From Asterias rubens (Eukaryota): DNA of 64,000 bases. The stretch spans positions 558,001-622,000 of the forward strand of contig NC_047062.1 of assembly GCF_902459465.1 (NCBI RefSeq), written 5' to 3'. The position numbers and the translations under genes were made by a program. The notes below the pieces were generated by a model. That model was not told where the DNA came from, searched no databases, and saw nothing but the letters and a program-made list of their open reading frames with translations. Positions 12,533 through 24,600 of the stretch are shown piece by piece. How positions within the stretch are numbered: position 1 is the stretch's first letter; each line of letters opens with the position of its first letter.

Positions 12533-13460
12533 TGGAACCATTATAGGAACCACTGTAAGAACCACTGCAGAAACTACATCAGGAACCATTATATGAACCA
12601 CTGCAGGAACCACTGCAGGAACTACATCAGGAACCATTATAGGAACCACTGCAGGAACCACTGCAGGAACTACATCAGGAACCATTATATGAACCACTGC
12701 AGGAACCACTGCAGGAACTACATCAGGAACCATTATATGAACCACTGCAGGAACCACTGCAGGAACTACATCAGGAACCATTATATGAACCACTGCAGGA
12801 ACCACTGCAGGAACTACATCAGGAACCACTGCAGGAACCACTGCAGGAACTACATCAGGAACCATTATATGAACCACTGCAGGAACCACTGCAGGAACTA
12901 CATCAGGAACCACTGCAGGAACCACTGCAGGAACTACATCAGGAACCATTATATGAACCACTGCAGGAACCACTGCAGGAACTACATCAGGAACCATTAT
13001 ATGAACCACTGCAGGAACCACTGCAGGAACTACATCAGGAACCACTGCAGGAACCACTGCAGGAACTACATCAGGAACCATTATATGAACCACTGCAGGA
13101 ACCACTGCAGGAACTACATCAGGAACCATTATATGAACCACTGCAGGAACCACTGCAGGAACTACATCAGGAACCATTATATGAACCACTGCAGGAACCA
13201 CTGCAGGAACCACTGCAGGAACTACATCAGGAACCATTATATGAAGCACTGCAGGAACCACTGCAGGAACTATTATAGGAACTATTGCAGGAACCACTGC
13301 AGGAACCACATTATATGAACCACTGCAGGAACCACTGCAGGAACCACTGCAGGAACTACATCAGGAACTACATCAGGAACCATTATATGAACCACTGCAG
13401 GAACCACTGCAGGAACTATTATAGGAACTATTGCAGTAACCCCTGCAGGAACCACTACAA
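12533..13460. repeat. 12-bp-unit higher-order tandem array just after the SLC30A9 stop
   Basis: Units GAACCACTGCAG (A), GAACTACATCAG (B), GAACCATTATAT (C), arranged mainly as AABC and AAB. Confidence 0.95.
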
Positions 13461-13477
13461 GAACATTGTGTACTGTA

Positions 13478-14150
13478 CTGTATTAGATGCATTCACCACA
13501 TGATATCCTATTGCAGGCTGGCATTGTACATCTAACATTTAAAACCACAGCGGATGATATTGAATGGTCAGACAGTAGGAGAGTTGACTGTGAACTGTGT
13601 TAGATGCATTCACCACATGGTATCATATTGCAGGCTGGCATAGTACATCTAACATTTAAAACCACAGTGGATGATATTGAATGGTTAGACAGTAGGAGGG
13701 TTGACTGTGTACTGTGTAGATGCATCACCACATGATATCCTATTGCAGGCTGGCATAGTACATCTAACATTTAAAACCACAGTGGATGATATTGAATGGT
13801 TAGACAGTAGGAGGGTTGACTGTGTACTGTGTAGATGCATTCACCACATGGTATCATATTGCAGCATGACATAGTACATCTTACATTTTAAACTACAGTG
13901 GATGATATTGAATGGTCAGACAGTAGGAGGGTTGACTGTGTACTGTGTAGATGCATCACCACATGATATCATATTGCAGCATGACATAGTACATCTTACA
14001 TTTTAAACCACAGTGGACGATATTGAATGGTTAGACAGTAGGAGGGTTGACTGTGTACTGTGTAGATGCATTCACCACATGGTATCATATTGCAGCCTGG
14101 CATAGTTCACAACCTTAGTGGATAAAATTGAATGGTCAGACAGTGGGAGA
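13478..14150. repeat. ~119-bp tandem array (~5.5 copies) of a dispersed repeat
   Basis: Unit contains AAACCACAGTGGATGATATTGAATGGTTAGACAGTAGGAGGGTTGACTGTGTACTGTGTAGATGCA. Inverted diverged copies lie at ~22570-22800 and ~39130-39260. Confidence 0.9.
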
Positions 14151-14709
14151 GTTTTAATGCAAATTGTTTGTATAATTGTTCAAATATTGTGTAAAAACAA
14201 CTCTTAGTCAATATTATAAGTCACAACTGCATGAACAATCAAATGAAACATTTAAATATAAACAATTAACTAAAATTAAAGAAGACCAACCAAATTGTGG
14301 GTACCTTATTTGTGGAAATTGAATAATTATTGATTTTGTGGTATTGTTAAAACCATGACCCTGTCATACATGCATGTGTGTAGTTATATTCCAGTATGGT
14401 CATACTACGGCTGTCCTCCTCAAAGGTCGATGCAACTTGACCAAACGCCTTCTGTTTTAGAAAATAGATCTCTTGTTTATAAAGCGAAGTTGTCTGGTTA
14501 ATTGGGCGGGCTGGCTTAGACTCAAAAGAGAGTGGAGTCAACACAAATATTAGCAAGCAGGAAGACAGTTCTGGTTGTTATCATTTTATAAACTCCAATA
14601 GCTTAACAGCTGGTCTCTTATTAACTCTCTTATGTATATCAACTCAAGCATATGTAAACGTGTGCACTTTCCCCCCCAACTTGATTGTGCAGCGCCTCTC
14701 ATTGTCATG

Positions 14710-15125
14710 CGACTTGCTGCTGCAGTACAACTTGCTACAGCAGCATGACTTGCTGCTGAAGCATGACTTGCTGCTGCAGTACAATTGCTACAGCAGCATG
14801 ACTTGCTGCTGCAGTACAACTTGCTACAGCAGCATGACTTGCTGCTGCAGTACAACTTGCTACAGCAGCATGACTTGCTGCTGCAGTACAACTTGCTACA
14901 GCAGCATGACTTGCTGCTGCAGTACAACTTGCTACAGCAGCATGACTTGCTACAGCAGCATGACTTGCTGCTGCAGTACAACTTGCTACAGCAGCATGAC
15001 TTGCTGCTGCAGTACAACTTGCTACAGCTGCTGCAGTACAACTTGCTACAGCAGCATGACTTGCTGCTGCAGTACAACTTGCTACAGCAGCATGACTTGC
15101 TGCTGAAGCATGATTTGCTGCTTTG
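14710..15125. repeat. 36-bp tandem array (two related 18-mers)
   Basis: CAGCATGACTTGCTGCTG + CAGTACAACTTGCTACAG, ~11 units. Confidence 0.95.
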
Positions 15126-16189
15126 CTACGGAAAAGCTACTACCACTATACTGCCGGCACTTGCAAAACAATGTATTAGTACTTAAGAAGGTATACATCT
15201 ATGAGAATATATATTGTGTAGGTATTCCGCATCGAACCTGGAAATCTTTTCAGTGTTTCTGTAATACCTTTAAGTGATTGTTAGCCATGTACACTTTAAG
15301 TAAAATATTGTTAAAAGTGTGTATAGAGTCCGGAGGTTAACAAGCTGGTCTGAAAGCTAATGATATAGTCCTCAATGGCAATCTAAGTCGCCCAAGAAAT
15401 CTTAGTAACAAAGATAACGAAATATTGAAATAAATAAAGACCACAGAAGAGAAAAGGAGATCTCTTTGGTTGAGCTGCAAAGATACCCAGTCTCTCCCTC
15501 TGCTTACTGTTCCCCTTCCCAACAACCTTCAGTTTTCTGCACGGCTTAGGAACTATAAGAAGCAATGCAGAAACAAACAGCGTGACTTATAAACGGATTT
15601 TACTTTGTGATAAAAATACTTTGCAATTGTATATTGTACTTAACTTGTTTGATAACAGTTAGGCTACCGGTAATGTCAATGTGACCCAAGTATTTAGCTG
15701 TCTTCCACCCTGTACAGACTATAGCAAGCCATGGGTGTGTGGCTTTTACCAAAGCATAGGGCCCTCAAATGGCTGTAAGAGTTGACCCACTACCATAACA
15801 CGAAAAGGTAACGGCTTGACAACTGTCATTCTTTCCATGTTAACAAACATCTGCCATTGTATGTTGGACAGAAAGCTGTAGTCTCTACAGGTACATATAT
15901 TCAACAACTGAAATAGATAGCAGCTGGTGTTACTATTGATTCTTTCTTGTAAATAATGGTGTTCTGTTATGGTTTGTCAATAAATTCTGTATTTAATACA
16001 GTTATGCAACAAACATTATGGAGCATTTCAGTTCATTTAAATTTATCCTGTTTAAGTTATGGTTTGCGCTTATCTGGTTATTAGTGTCTGACTGGTGGTT
16101 GCGAATGGGAAGGTGGAGTTATTTGAAGAAAAAAAAAGAGTTATTTTTATACGGTATAAATGTACCAAAGTTTAAATATAAAAAATCTC

Positions 16190-16800
16190 ATCGCATTCTC
16201 GGCCTCCTGCGCAGGGCACTTTTACCATGTACAACAGAGGCCAATAAAAAACCTTTAAAGCTCTTGTTAAACCCCAACTAGACTAAGCATGTGAGGCATG
16301 GAATCCCTTTAAAGCTCTTGTTAAACCCCAACTAGACTAAGCATGTGAGGCATGGAATCCCTTTAAAGCTCTTGTTAAACCCCAACTAGACTAAGCATGT
16401 GAGGCATGGAATCCCTTTAAAGCTCTTGTTAAACCCCAACTAGACTAAGCATGTGAGGCATGGAATCCCTTTAAAGCTCTTGTTAAACCCCAACTAGACT
16501 AAGCATGTGAGGCATGGAATCCATCAACCATCACTGATATAAACCGGCATCTTGAACAGGTCCAGCGGCACGGAGCACGGTTTGCCTGTGCTAAATACCA
16601 GATGGCTATTATTCAGCCACCAACCTCCCGGTCGTTGAGACATGATCACTACCTAAAATATGGCATGCCCTCTGTCTCCCTGGACTGCTACAAATATTCA
16701 TTCTACCCTCGTACCATCAGGATCTGGTATAGATTATCTTCTACTGTCGTCAGTGCACCCTCCATCTAAGCATTTAGGCTTGCAGCCCTTCCAGAGATCT
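16190..16800 (+). mobile_element. Decayed LINE (CR1/L2-type) ORF2 C-terminal fragment containing a 54-bp x5 tandem (16252-16522)
   Basis: Frameshifted fragments read RILGLLRRAL, FKALVKPQLD, EQVQRHGARF, YKYSFYPRTIRIWY, typical of the post-RT region of CR1/L2 ORF2. Confidence 0.75.
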
Positions 16801-17540
16801 GGGTAATGGGCCTGCAAGTGTCCGACAGATTCCTCTAGTTTCTCCCTCCAATGCACAGTGTATATAATGTTCATTTTGTCTTGTCCTACACTTTTATTAC
16901 TGGTCACAGCGTCATGCACAGCACATATCCCAGTTTAGCTCTTACCAGCTTTAAGTGTAAAGGGATTACTCCATCAAGTATCAAGTATCTTACTTAGTAT
17001 AGCCATGGAGGTAGAAATAAAATAATTTTGTTCCCCATTTAGTGGGTCCATGTGCCTGTTTGGGGTTTCCCTTTTGCAAAACATCTTGATAAAGGTAATA
17101 AACTAATCTACATGTAAATACAATTTATTTTTATTTTTAAACAAAATTTAAAGTGTTTGTATTCCTAAATAGTTGCATGACATTTGGTGGGGGCGGGGCT
17201 GGAAAGTAACCTTGGATGGGTTATTAGTCGGGTGCTTTGCTTTTGGTATCGAAAACAAAATAATAACCGGCCGGATGTCCGTGTGCTGTATTGGCTTTAC
17301 ATAAGAATCGATACTCAAAGTAAGTCTGGTACCGAGAATAACGAGAGATCGTGTGATATTCGTGAATCTGTGCATTGTTTACTGTATGCAGCATATCGTG
17401 TGTTCGTGATGCTCTTGTTTGATGCTGATTTCATCGCTTTATATCAACAAGAAAACACACTTCTTCTTCGTTTTGGAGAACTATGGAAGTGTGAAATCTA
17501 TTTACAAAACTGTATACGGTAAGATGAGCTAAATTTAAGG

Positions 17541-17676
17541 AAAAGTTTCCGTATGTCGCCACCACTTTTTCAATTGATTTGAAATATAGTATAATTAGTA
17601 TCTAATTTACCTCAAAATGAGATATCCCTTGTTGTAAAAATGAGTGAAAAAGTGGTGGCGCGAAACGGAAAGTTAT
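17541..17676. mobile_element. ~130-bp MITE family (TIR TTTCCGTATGGCGCCACCACTTTTT); other copies 50221-50352, 56631-56763, partial ~36865-36900 and ~57925-57990
   Basis: Inverted termini and similar interiors seen in three full copies. Confidence 0.85.
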
Positions 17677-19389
17677 CCCTTCTTCTTTTTCTTCCTTGAA
17701 AAGTGCAGCCTTCAATTATTGAAGATGTACGCACTGCGTGTGAGCGCATGCATTGACTTAGGGCATCTTCTTTATTATGTGGACCATTTGTAAGTCTGAA
17801 ATTCGGACCCTGATATTTAGTGAAAGCTATTTTGTTTATTTATACATTGTAATAAACTAAGAGTAAGAGGTACCTAGCAAGATATTATACACAATTTTGA
17901 CAGCCCATGCCTTTCAAATAAATCAAGGTAGAAGATTTCGAGTTCCTGACATCAGCATTTTTGACAGACCTCAACAACCTGTTAGATAATTGAGGTATTT
18001 AAATGATCAAAACTTCATATTTGCAGGGCATTTATTTAAGTTTTGAATGCGCAGGTGGTGGGGGATGTTGACAAGTAATTTAACAGCAAAAAGACAATCA
18101 AAGTCGGACAATAAAAAAAATAAAAATAAAAAAAACAGTAATTTTCCGTGCGTCTTTTTTTTTCCGTCAAAAATATCAACAATAAGAAACACGTGAGTTA
18201 ACCAATTTTTAAGACATTCAATAAGTTCGAAAAAATACAAAGAAAACACGTTTAAATAATGGTTATTTTGTTACAATGATTGCTGCGATACCTGGTCAAC
18301 TATCAGAGTAATCAGTTTTTCAAATCTCCAGCGATGTAATTTTTCCTTGTCTACCATTTACTTCCGCGCGACGTTCATGAATTTTCTGATCGGCCTGTAA
18401 GTTGACCTTTGACACGAGACGTACCCCCTCAAACGTCTGCTTGTAGTCAGGCACCCTCAGTGTTTTTACGGAACGCGATCAGCACATGTTTTTCTGCGCG
18501 ATCTTATACTCGGGCAAAATAATTCTGTCAAGAAAATGACGTTGGCATTTACTGCCGTTCGACAATCCATCGGACAGCTCCACACGAAAAACCAAAACAT
18601 CTTTCAGATGATTTACAACAGAAATACTTTCTTCAGAACGCTAGTTTTTGGAAACTAAATCAACTTCCGTTCAGGTACGTTTGATGTGGATTGTGCAGAT
18701 AATAAAGTCTGGAACGTCATTTTGCAATTAAGTCCGTCTATTTTCTGGAACGTCATGCAAATCTGTCATTTTTTGGCGATCGTCACTTAAAATCTGTTCA
18801 AAATTACTGACGTTTTTTACCTAAAAAAATAAATGTGGACGCTTGAGTTTTTATTTTTGATAGATATTAGGTATGAGAGGCTGCAATAATCAGCGAAATT
18901 ACAGTAGTCTTGTGCCAGAAAAAAAATAATTACAGACAATATTTGCTTTGTTTTTCTGTCAACCTTATGCCCTCCTCTGTCGGGCTTATATTTTCTGTGT
19001 TTGGTGTTTTGTTGATTTTTTTACTGATTTTATTTGAAAGTACATCTGTTGGACCTCATTATAGTAAACAATGAAGTACCTAGTGATTTACTTAAGCTAG
19101 TTTTGAATTAATAAAAAAATAACCACAGGTTTGACTGCTGCAGACTCTACACTTTTAAAATGAACACAACACATTTAAAATTAACTGCTCTATCCTTATA
19201 TGAACATTTTAATAAACCTTAATACGTATACAATTATTTGAAATATCTGAAAAGGTCAAAAATAATTTTTTGAAAAATGACATTTGAGGTTGTAAAATGG
19301 TCCATATTTCAAAGAAGATGCAACAAGCCAACAGGAATTTGAATCAGGTGCAGATAGAATTATGTACAGGTGCGAGTAAAAAGGCTGGA

Positions 19390-21240
19390 GATGGGGTTAC
19401 TTCAGTCGTGGGTCCCTTAACACCAGCTTAAAGGCGTCAAGGGACGGTTACGGGCTGGCGTACACTGAACTGAAGACCTGGTATGTGGGATTGTGAATCT
19501 AGAGCCATGACCTCTTGTTTATGAGGTTGACTGTGTCAGATGGGTGCTCAAGGGGATGCCGACCAAGTTGAATCTTATTTTGTACATCATTTGAAGGCGA
19601 CTTTGGTGACGACGTTCCTGTAGAGAAGGCCACTCGAGGTGATCTAGCATGACGGTAATGTTGGGCGCTATCGGTCAATCTGCGCGATCAACTGATCGCG
19701 CTGCGCTATCGACCGATCGCGCTGCGCTGTAGAATAAGCTTGGGCGATATCACGATATTATCGAACATCGCGATATTAATTTGGAAACGATTTCGATATC
19801 GGATGGATTTGGTTTTAATCGAAATATCGATATATCGCGATAATCGCGATATATTGCTAGCTGTATTTGCTAGCTGAGACATCTTGCACCCCCTAGGTTT
19901 GGAGTAAAACCAGAAGAATAGGTCATTAGAACACCTCTCTTATGCTATGACCGCTCTTCTACAACTTTCACTTGGAGTTTGAAGACTGATGATGTCAAAT
20001 TTAACTAATCGACAATCGGTCGATCGCGCAACATTCCTGCACGATCGGTCGATCGCGCAAAACTTTTCCTGCACGATCGGTCGATCGCGCAAAGCCTTTC
20101 CTGCACGATCGGCTGATCACGGAAAAAATACTCGCAGCGCGATCGGTCAATCGCGCAAAAATGTTCATTGCGCGATCGACCGATTGTTGGGCGATCGACC
20201 GATTGCTGCGCGACCAAATTGATCTTTCAATAGCGCAGTGCGATCGGTTGATCGCGCAGATTGACCGATTGTGCCCAACAGTAACACTGCTTGTTCTTCT
20301 ATAATCTCCAATGACAAAACAAGCGTAGCTTCATTGGACTTGCTCTAGCTTCAATCTTGATGTTACGTTGCGTGTTGGGATCCCTTGAAGTTGACTGCTG
20401 GTCGAATAAAGGTGGTATAGACAGCTTCTTTAGTTTTGTGGCTGCTGTGGCTAATAGGAGAAGAAGCCCCTGGTGCAAGTGGCTTTTTTTGTGATGTTGT
20501 CAACATGGGTGTTGAAGCTTAGCCTCGGATCAAGGTGGCTCTGACTACTTGGCACTTTGTTGCATTGAAGCGCATCAGCCATTTCATTTCCCAGTCTTGG
20601 AGGGCATCGATATCCTTATGAAGGCTGACGGATTGTAGAGATGTGTCTGTAAACAACACTGTTGTCTTGGAATAGCCTGGACGTAGTTGTTGAGCTTGAG
20701 AGACAGTCAGGCAGGTCATTAATGTACACTAGAAAGAGTAGAGTGTCGAGTACGCTGCCTTGTGGGACTCCGGATGTGACGCTAGTGGAGGAAGTCTGTG
20801 ATCCATTCCAGTGTCATACCTCTGACACCGTAATGATGGACTTTGTCGAACGCCTTCTCATAATCCAGCAGTACCACAACGATTTGCGAACGATTTGCGA
20901 CTTGGTGTCCAACCCCTTAGCGAGGTTGTCTAGCGTGCAGATGTTTCACAGGATCGATGTTTCCAAAAACCATGCTGAGCATTAGACAGGATCTTGTTGT
21001 CGGCAAGGTTGGATCACAGCACAATGGATGATATGCTCGCACAGTTTACACAGCACTGATGTTAGGGAGATGGGTCTATAGTTAGCTGCGTCGCACCGGC
21101 TTCCCTTTTTGAATAGGGGGACGACATGGGCTCTCTTCGATAAGGATGGTACCTTCCGTTGATTTATTGAGGCCTGGCAGATTAGGCTTACTGCAGGAGC
21201 AATCTTATGGGCATGCAGCAAAAGCTTGTACAAGGATTGA
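19390..21240 (-). mobile_element. Decayed LINE (CR1/L2-type) reverse transcriptase
   Basis: Fragments read HVVPLFKKGSRCDAANYRPISLTSVLCKLCEHII, SGVPQGSVLDTLLFLVYINDLPDC, KWLMRFNATKCQV, MLDHLEWPSLQERRHQSRLQMMYKI, with frameshifts and stops. Confidence 0.92.
19659..20280. mobile_element. TGT...ACA TIR element (Ginger-like MITE) inserted in the LINE
   Basis: TGTTGGGCGCTATCGGTCAATCTGCGCGATCAAC ... GTTGATCGCGCAGATTGACCGATTGTGCCCAACA with 4-bp TSD GTAA (19655-19658, 20281-20284). Removing it restores the LINE frame SSVTVMLDHL. Confidence 0.8.
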
Positions 21241-21697
21241 AATTTGCGTAGAGTATCTGGTATGCAGCCAGAGGGTTAAACCTGCATGCACAAATTTAGA
21301 TCAGGCCATCAAGTTTGCGTGCTCAGCAAAGGCTGAAGTTTATGCGAGAATTGAAGTTTGCGCCCAACAATACTACTGAATTAGATGCATTGTTTCTAAT
21401 AAACAAATCAGGCAAATTTAGGAATGTTCACATAGAAAAAGTTTTGATCAGGGTGTTTATTTTGACAGCGGCTCCAGGAGGAGTCAAAGAGCTTGTGACA
21501 TTTGCTCTATTTATTTTACTCACAATGCAGAAGATTGTGAATTTTATGATATCAATTGAAATAAAGATATTTTGTTCACAAACAATTCCTTATATGTTTA
21601 TTTTTTGCAGTCTGGTTAACTGGTTACCATTCTACACTGAGATGTTAGAATGTTTTGAACTACGACAAATGTTGTGGTAACCAACCATCTGGTCATT

Positions 21698-24600
21698 ATG
21701 GATTCATCACACGAAATGGACGGCCATCGATGCAGCACAGAGAACCTAAGACCACAGAAGCTGCTCCAAACAAAAGTCTGGTCTAATATCTTACTTTACA
21801 AATGTTTTTTTCAGTTAGTTGTTTTAGTTACTTTCATTTGCCTTTCAATAGTCAGTGGGAGAGATGTCCAACCCCAACATGAACATTACACACCAGATTA
21901 CAAAAATTATCACAATTTGTCACAGATAGCAACTCAACTTCATGACCTTGTCGCTAAAAATCCAAACTACATTAAATTAGACTTGAAATACACGTCACGT
22001 ATCGGCAATCCGCAATATATCCTTCATCTTTCAAATTTCTCTAACTCAAGAACAGCGAGTGGATTAGTTGGTCTAGCCGCAGCAAAACCAAAGATACTTT
22101 TATCCTACGGTGAACACGCCCGCGAGTTCTTCCCAGTAGAGAGCTTGTTTCATCTTCTACGCAATATAACCGGTGGGTTGAGGGCGTTGCATGGCTCACC
22201 AGCCGAGAGTTTCTCTCGTATGATTCTCACAAGGTTTGATATTTATATTATCGCCATGGCAAACCCAGATGGGAGGCAATATGTGGAGAGGAATAAGAAC
22301 TATTGCTGGAGAGGGACCAGTGTTGGAGTCGATTTAAATCGGAACTTTGATTGGAGTTTTGGAGGAGTAGGAAGTTCTGGTGACCCTAAAGATGAAGAGT
22401 ACAGAGGGGAATTTGCTCACTCCGGTAAGACATCTATTGCATACATTATTAACCCTAACCACAACAAATGATCCTAGTGCATGTTGTGGCTAAGCTGAAC
22501 AAATTTATAACCCGCATATTGTCTAATCATTATGACCATCCACTTAGCCAGTTTGCATATTGATATAATGTTTTAAAATGCATCTACACAGTACACAGTC
22601 AACTCTCCTAGTTTCTGACCATTCCATATCCTTCAATGTGTTTTGAATGATAGATTCACTATGCCAATCTGTAATGTGAAATTGCATTGAATGTACTACA
22701 CAGTACACAGTCAACCCTCCTACTGTCTGTCCATTAAATCTCATCTACTGTGGTAACAATACATAAACTATGCCAGCCTGCAATATGATGAAGTTGTGAA
22801 TAAAGCCACACACGTACACAGTTACTTCGGTACACAGTTGTGCCACAATACACAACCAATGCAGTGAGTTGAATGGTTTCAAATGATTGGTTTACTCTCT
22901 GGAAAATGTTACCAAAAGTAGGAGGGTTAAAGGGACATGTTGCTTTGGATCGGTCAAGTTGGTCTTGAAACATTTTGTTATGAAATGTATTGGGTTAGAA
23001 AGATGTTTTGAAAGTGGAATTAATGATCCACACAAACATGCCTCGAAACTGCGTGGTTTTAATTTTACTTTGATAACTAACACAGTTGGCTATTTTATGG
23101 AATCAAAACCTGGACTTCAGAAATGGCATGCCGTGTTAGTCACGACGCATCAGGAAAACCATGACATTTTGCATATTTGTGTGGAACGCTGTCAGAAACA
23201 ACTATTTTGTGAAGATTTTACTTTGATGTTGACATTTTTGTTATTGTTGTACGTTTCAGAGCCAGAGTGTGGAGTATACCTTGACCTAACAGCAACTCAT
23301 ATATTTGATGCCTTCGTATCTCTACATTCAGGAATCAAGCAAATCTATTTGCCCTTCGCTGGTAAGTGGAGATCAATCATTGGTCAAAGGTACCCATGTG
23401 ATGCATAAAACTTAATGAAATAGAATTTGTTGGAAGCTTTAATTATGTATTACTTCACCAACATCAAAGAAGTTTTTAAAAGGTTCAGTGAAATGATGAA
23501 CTGGTTATTAAATCAATACACATCAAAACAACAAGCGGAAAAAAAATACAACCACTCACCTGTTAAGGTTTTTTCTGGAAAATCTTTTGCCTACATCTAA
23601 GAACATCAAACAAAATAATGAAACTTGTATCTTTACATTTAAATTGCAGACTCCAAGTCCAAGAAAGCCAAAGCCAAGCCGGTAAACATAGATGAGCAAA
23701 TGGACTTAGCTAAGAAGATGGCTGCGGCTACTCATAACTCATTTTCTTATGGTGTTGGCTACAATATCAATGACTACCCTGCTGATGGGGCTGTCTTTGA
23801 CTACATGGCTGGTGTAAAAAAAGTAAGAACTTTGATCACTTATTGAGAATGTTACTGGACCTAGCAGAGGAAGATGGGTTCTTTAAACGCTCCTACTCTT
23901 GGTATAAAACAGTGACCAACAATTTGAAACCAGTAATAAGGACCTAGGCTGGGAAAGTGAGAAGGTGGGCCAGGGTAACCTTGGGTTAAAAGCACTGATG
24001 CTGCAAGACGGCTCTACACCAACCACTATTTTGTGATATGCAGCGCTGGATCATTTGCAGCAAGTTGTTGCCGCTTGACTGTGGACATTGTGTTACATAC
24101 ACCACACCAGGTGTTCTGTGGTAATTTCACTCAATATGTACAAATCTTTTATATTATTGTACTTTGTTGTTTCAGATTCCTTTTTCCCTCGCCATTGAGC
24201 TTTGGGGTGAGGGAAATACAAAGAATGGAAAGTGCTTTGACCTCTTCAACCCACCTCATCAGAACTTGCAGGTAATTAGTACTCATTTTGTTTCACATAC
24301 ATTAAAAGTTATCCACTGCCAAGTTTCAAGGGAATTGTAAATTAAATTATAGGTTCCATTGTAGATTCCAGCTGAATACAGTGTCTACTTTTTGAGAAAT
24401 CAACGAAAATATGTCAAGGTATTTTCATCAAAAATGTTGATTGCCACATTTTGTGAGGTGAGGTAGGTACCAATCTCATCTCTGTCTGCAGCATTATTTA
24501 GCTGACACCACAGAATTTAAATGATCTCCAAAAATGTATAAGATTCAAAGTTTATGACATACTTTTATTGATTTCTAATCAACAGAGACAATTGAGTTAT

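Noticed and set aside
12374-13503. 311-aa VPAV-rich and 241-aa NHCR-rich ORFs
   Set aside because: Translations of the 12-bp higher-order repeat. They overlap or follow the SLC30A9 terminal exon and have no splice or homology support.
15660-15900. Minus-strand stretch ending AKYLGHIDIT, faintly like 5'-nucleotidase
   Set aside because: Several in-frame stops, very short similarity and no other exons found.
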